NCBI GenBank assembly: GCA_950097015.1
Contig: CATNEN010000010.1
Coordinates: 1,178,001-1,242,000, forward strand
Length of the DNA: 64,000 nt
Direction: 5' to 3'
Origin: Macrostomum hystrix
Taxonomy: Eukaryota; Animalia; Platyhelminthes
Shown here: positions 61,070 through 64,000 of the stretch, piece after piece
Layout of the letters: the number at the start of each line of letters is the position of its first letter
Numbering within the stretch: the stretch's first letter is position 1
The notes under the pieces: generated by a model
Seen by the model: only the letters and a program-made list of their open reading frames with translations
The model's database searches: none
What the model was told of the DNA's origin: nothing
Position numbers and translations under genes: made by a program

Positions 61070-61495
61070 TAAACTGATATTCGCGCCTTCGAAGTCGATT
61101 CTCCGTAGTATTGGGCGCTGCAGGAATGTCGGCGTCTCGGCTCAGACATTTCAAGGTGAAAAGCTGCATGTCTAAAGCTCGACTGATTATAGCAGCGCTG
61201 ACTTGAAGGCCTTCAAATCTGCCTTGTACAGATCGTGCCATCTCTGCCAGCGTCATCATTGGGCTCCGGTCAAGTTGTTGGACCAGCCACTCTGTCTGTT
61301 CCTCGCCCATCCTTGCCCGCGTGTTCCGCCACACGGACGCCGATGTCGCTGTCCTGTCGTCTCGCATCGCTTCTGAATGGAGTAGACGGTGTTTTTGTTG
61401 AGCTGCATTTAGCGCGCGATATCCGCCCGTCGCTCGACTCTTTCTAAAGCATCCTCAACGAAGTTGTACCGCTCATCGCTTGTTCTGCAGCGCAT
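61070..61495 (-). pseudogene. Degenerate Tc1/mariner-IS630-type transposase, N-terminal HTH region only
   Basis: From ATG 61495: MRCRTSDERY...ADIAR*MQLNKNTVYSIQKRCETTGQRHRRPCGGT, frameshift near 61320, then RMGEEQTEWLVQQLDRSPMMTLAEMARSVQGRFEGLQVSAAIISRAL...TLK...PNTTENRLRRREY. In-frame TAA at 61409-61411; no recognisable DDE domain follows. Confidence 0.7.
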
Positions 61496-62113
61496 GCGTT
61501 CTGCCACTTGGTGTTAAATTGAGTGCTCGCAGTGTTTAATTGGATGCAAAAAAATTGGATGCACTACGCTCGTACACCTTAGCATCAAAGACTTTGAAGA
61601 ACTTTAATAGAAGCAAAGTTGTTTCAAAAGAAACTTAACCACGACAACAGATGGAGTGAGTGAGTGAATAAATTAATCAAAAAAGTAAGTTAATAAATGA
61701 GTAAAAAAATAATCAAATTAATCAACAGAATGAAACAAGACAGCTCTCAGCTCCATTTCGCCGAGTTGAACAAACGAAACCTGCTACCCATCAATGGCTT
61801 GCCGAGCCAGGCACCGTGGCACGTAAGTGAACACGTACTTAAACCAAACACGTGGTTAAACTTTCATTTTGAAAGTCATTCGCATCGTATTTGCCATCCT
61901 TCACCATGAGATCGTCTGCATCTTCTTCGTCGATGTCAGCAAACATGTACTACAGATTTTTTTTACTTTTTTGAAAGGGAGCATGTCGTTTTTACCTTTC
62001 GACTAAGCCAAGCCAGTCACTTATAGCAACAGCCCGCCCGCTGCTGTTGTCTATGGTCGAATGCCATAGATATGCACTCATGCGCTAACAATTAGTTTAT
62101 ACAAGTTTATTTA

Positions 62114-62899
62114 TTACTCATTTGGCGTCTCGTCAAGAATGATGGATTTCATTGTTGTTGGATTGTCAGCAGAAATCGCCTTCTCAATTCTGGTCTTCAT
62201 CACGTCTACGTACCGCACACCGTCATACTCTTTGATTTGCAGGTCTCTCTTGCTCAATCCACGCAACCATTTACGTCCTCTAAAACCGAAACCATACACG
62301 ATCTTAAAAAGCACTTCCATCTGCAGCCGCGTCGAAGTCGACCGGTCAAAGTACGAGCGCAAGCGCACGAAGTCGTAATACTCAATCGGACAGTAGGTAC
62401 TAGCACCTGCTAGTTTCTTCTCCTTATGAGCAGCAGACAAGCACGCCTTAAACGATGCAAACAGTTCGTTTCCAATGATCGTGAGATCCATTCTCTCGGA
62501 AATGAAGCGATGAATCGACGCTCGGAAGCAAACTAGAGAACGAACGGCGTAGGATTTGCCATCGGCCATCTTTAGCGACACAAACCATAGCCTGAGGTAT
62601 GCGCACAGATAACGCACGGGGATACTCTCGATGTTTTCCGGCAACTTTTGGTCAGGCAAGAAATTCTTTAGTCGTTTCACGTGCACTTTCATTTGCTTAA
62701 CGGTCGACTCACGCATCGCTTCATCTTCCACACGCCGCAGATCGCTCTCCTCAGTCTCACTGAGCTCTCGCAGAAGTGATGCATCATCTATCTCAGACGG
62801 ATTTTCCAGCTCGGCATCTATCAGTCTCTGATGCGCAGCCGTCAAGCCAGACCATTGACTAATCGCTTGATCTGGTTCGCGACGTCCAAGGCGCGTCAA
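62114..62899 (-). mobile_element. Crypton (CryptonA/DUF3504-type) tyrosine recombinase, N-terminal two-thirds, truncated (copy B)
   Basis: RESTVKQMKVHVKRLKNFL..NIESIPVRYLCAYLRLWFVSLKMADGKSYAVRSLVCFRASIHRFI and LRSYFDRSTSTRLQMEVLFKIVYGFGFRGRKWLRGL match the CryptonA/KCTD1/ZMYM YR pattern, including the first catalytic Arg. The HxxR, H and Y region is absent. The track's start codon is not an ATG. Confidence 0.8.
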
Positions 62900-63379
62900 A
62901 AAAATCTAGCTTATCAGAGCTTAGATCGCTAATATCGTCCTCTAGTATTGAATCGTAATCCAACATGTCGACGCAGTAAAAAGAATAGATGGCTAAACAA
63001 CACTCTTTATTACTAAAGAATGTATTTTCTCGCAAGAGCTTGAAAGTAATCCTTGTACAACGCTCGAGCGTGCAGATAACACCTATGTCTATGTTAAAAT
63101 CCTATAGTCAATCTATTCAAAAAGCGTGCTGATCAAGGACAACTTAATAACTCTCGTTATTAAGTTAGTTATTAAGTTATTAAGTTATTAAGTTTTCCTT
63201 GGTGCTGATAATAAAGAAACGTGCAGATAATTTATGTCCATGGCAAAGCTTTAACATGGTTTATCAGTGTATATATTTTAAGTAACAACAACAGCCGAAA
63301 CAACAGTACAGCAAAGAACTGTATGAGAGGCCTGCGTCACTTTCGCAGTATTGTTCATTTTAAAGTAGATGTAAAAATG

Positions 63380-64000
63380 TTATTTCGGCAAATTAAAGGT
63401 GCACCTTCTCACGTTTCCATTAAAGTTGAGTGTCAAGGTGACCTGTCGTGGCTCGGCATGGTTGCCGCTGTTAGCCACAGCGCGCTCTGCTGGCATAGAC
63501 GTCTCCATTTGATTTGTGTCGCCCATGGATGAGTTAGCTCCATGCAGCGATGAATGCAGTGCGCTGCACATGGCCCGCATCTCGGATGTGCGTCGAATTC
63601 CGAATTGCAGGTACCGTTCGACTGTTTTCACCTGCTTGTGACCAGTCACCTTACAGATATCGGCATTCGAGTAACCAGCATCAGACAGCTCCTTGATGAC
63701 AGTCGGACGGACACAATGGGCCGTGTAGCGCTTGCTGAAACTGGCAGCCTCCAATATCTTGGTCATCATGGTTGCTAGGGTGTTCACACCAAGCGCTTGC
63801 GAAGCGCAATACCAGTTCGAGTTCTTCCACCTGGTCGTTTTTGGTTTCAATAAAAACTGTGCAGTGCACGTTGAAGCCGAACTTCCAGGCAAAGACTCGC
63901 GCCGTTCGTGCCTACATTCTTGACTTTGCCAGCCAACAGGCGCACTGCTTGCTTACCATCCGACATCGTCTCAAACACCAAGCTGTCTTCCTTCAGGTCC
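63380..64000 (-). mobile_element. Second Crypton tyrosine recombinase, C-terminal catalytic half, 5'-partial (copy A)
   Basis: NWYCASQALGVNTLATMMTKILEAASFSKRYTAHCVRPTVIKELSDAGYSNADICKVTGHKQVKTVERY carries HxxR, GHK and the Tyr nucleophile. An upstream segment DLKEDSLVFETMSDGKQAVRLLAGKVKN (63999-63916) lies in another frame. Confidence 0.82.

Noticed and set aside
62114-63892. A single circularly permuted Crypton gene
   Set aside because: The two fragments overlap in domain coverage and differ in sequence there, so they are two separate copies.

Overview
Eukaryotic (animal) genomic DNA, not prokaryotic. The GC-rich exons and minisatellite-packed introns resemble the flatworm Macrostomum lignano (inference, unverified). 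A minus-strand alpha-neurexin-like gene dominates the window. I reconstructed 11 coding exons by hand, from ATG 54080 to 704 (3496 nt, about 1165 codons). All introns are GT-AG with consistent phases, encoding signal peptide-LNS1-EGF1-LNS2-LNS3-EGF2-LNS4-LNS5-EGF3; LNS6, TM and tail lie beyond the left edge. Best finding: a hidden alternative first exon (33202-33277) inside the 27-kb first intron. It encodes a signal peptide, ends in a perfect phase-1 CAG|GTGAGT donor and has paired CCAAT boxes upstream, predicting a neurexin isoform that starts at LNS2 (neither alpha nor beta). The introns hold about 30 tandem arrays, including two inverted satellite pairs, higher-order repeats and arrays built from splice-site-like units. 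The right end has an intronless secreted PAN + C-type lectin gene with a bacterial-like lectin domain lacking the core cysteines, a Tc1/IS630 transposase relic, and two divergent Crypton tyrosine-recombinase remnants separated by a dif/lox-shaped inverted repeat. Most long ORFs in the supplied track are artefacts of tandem repeats.
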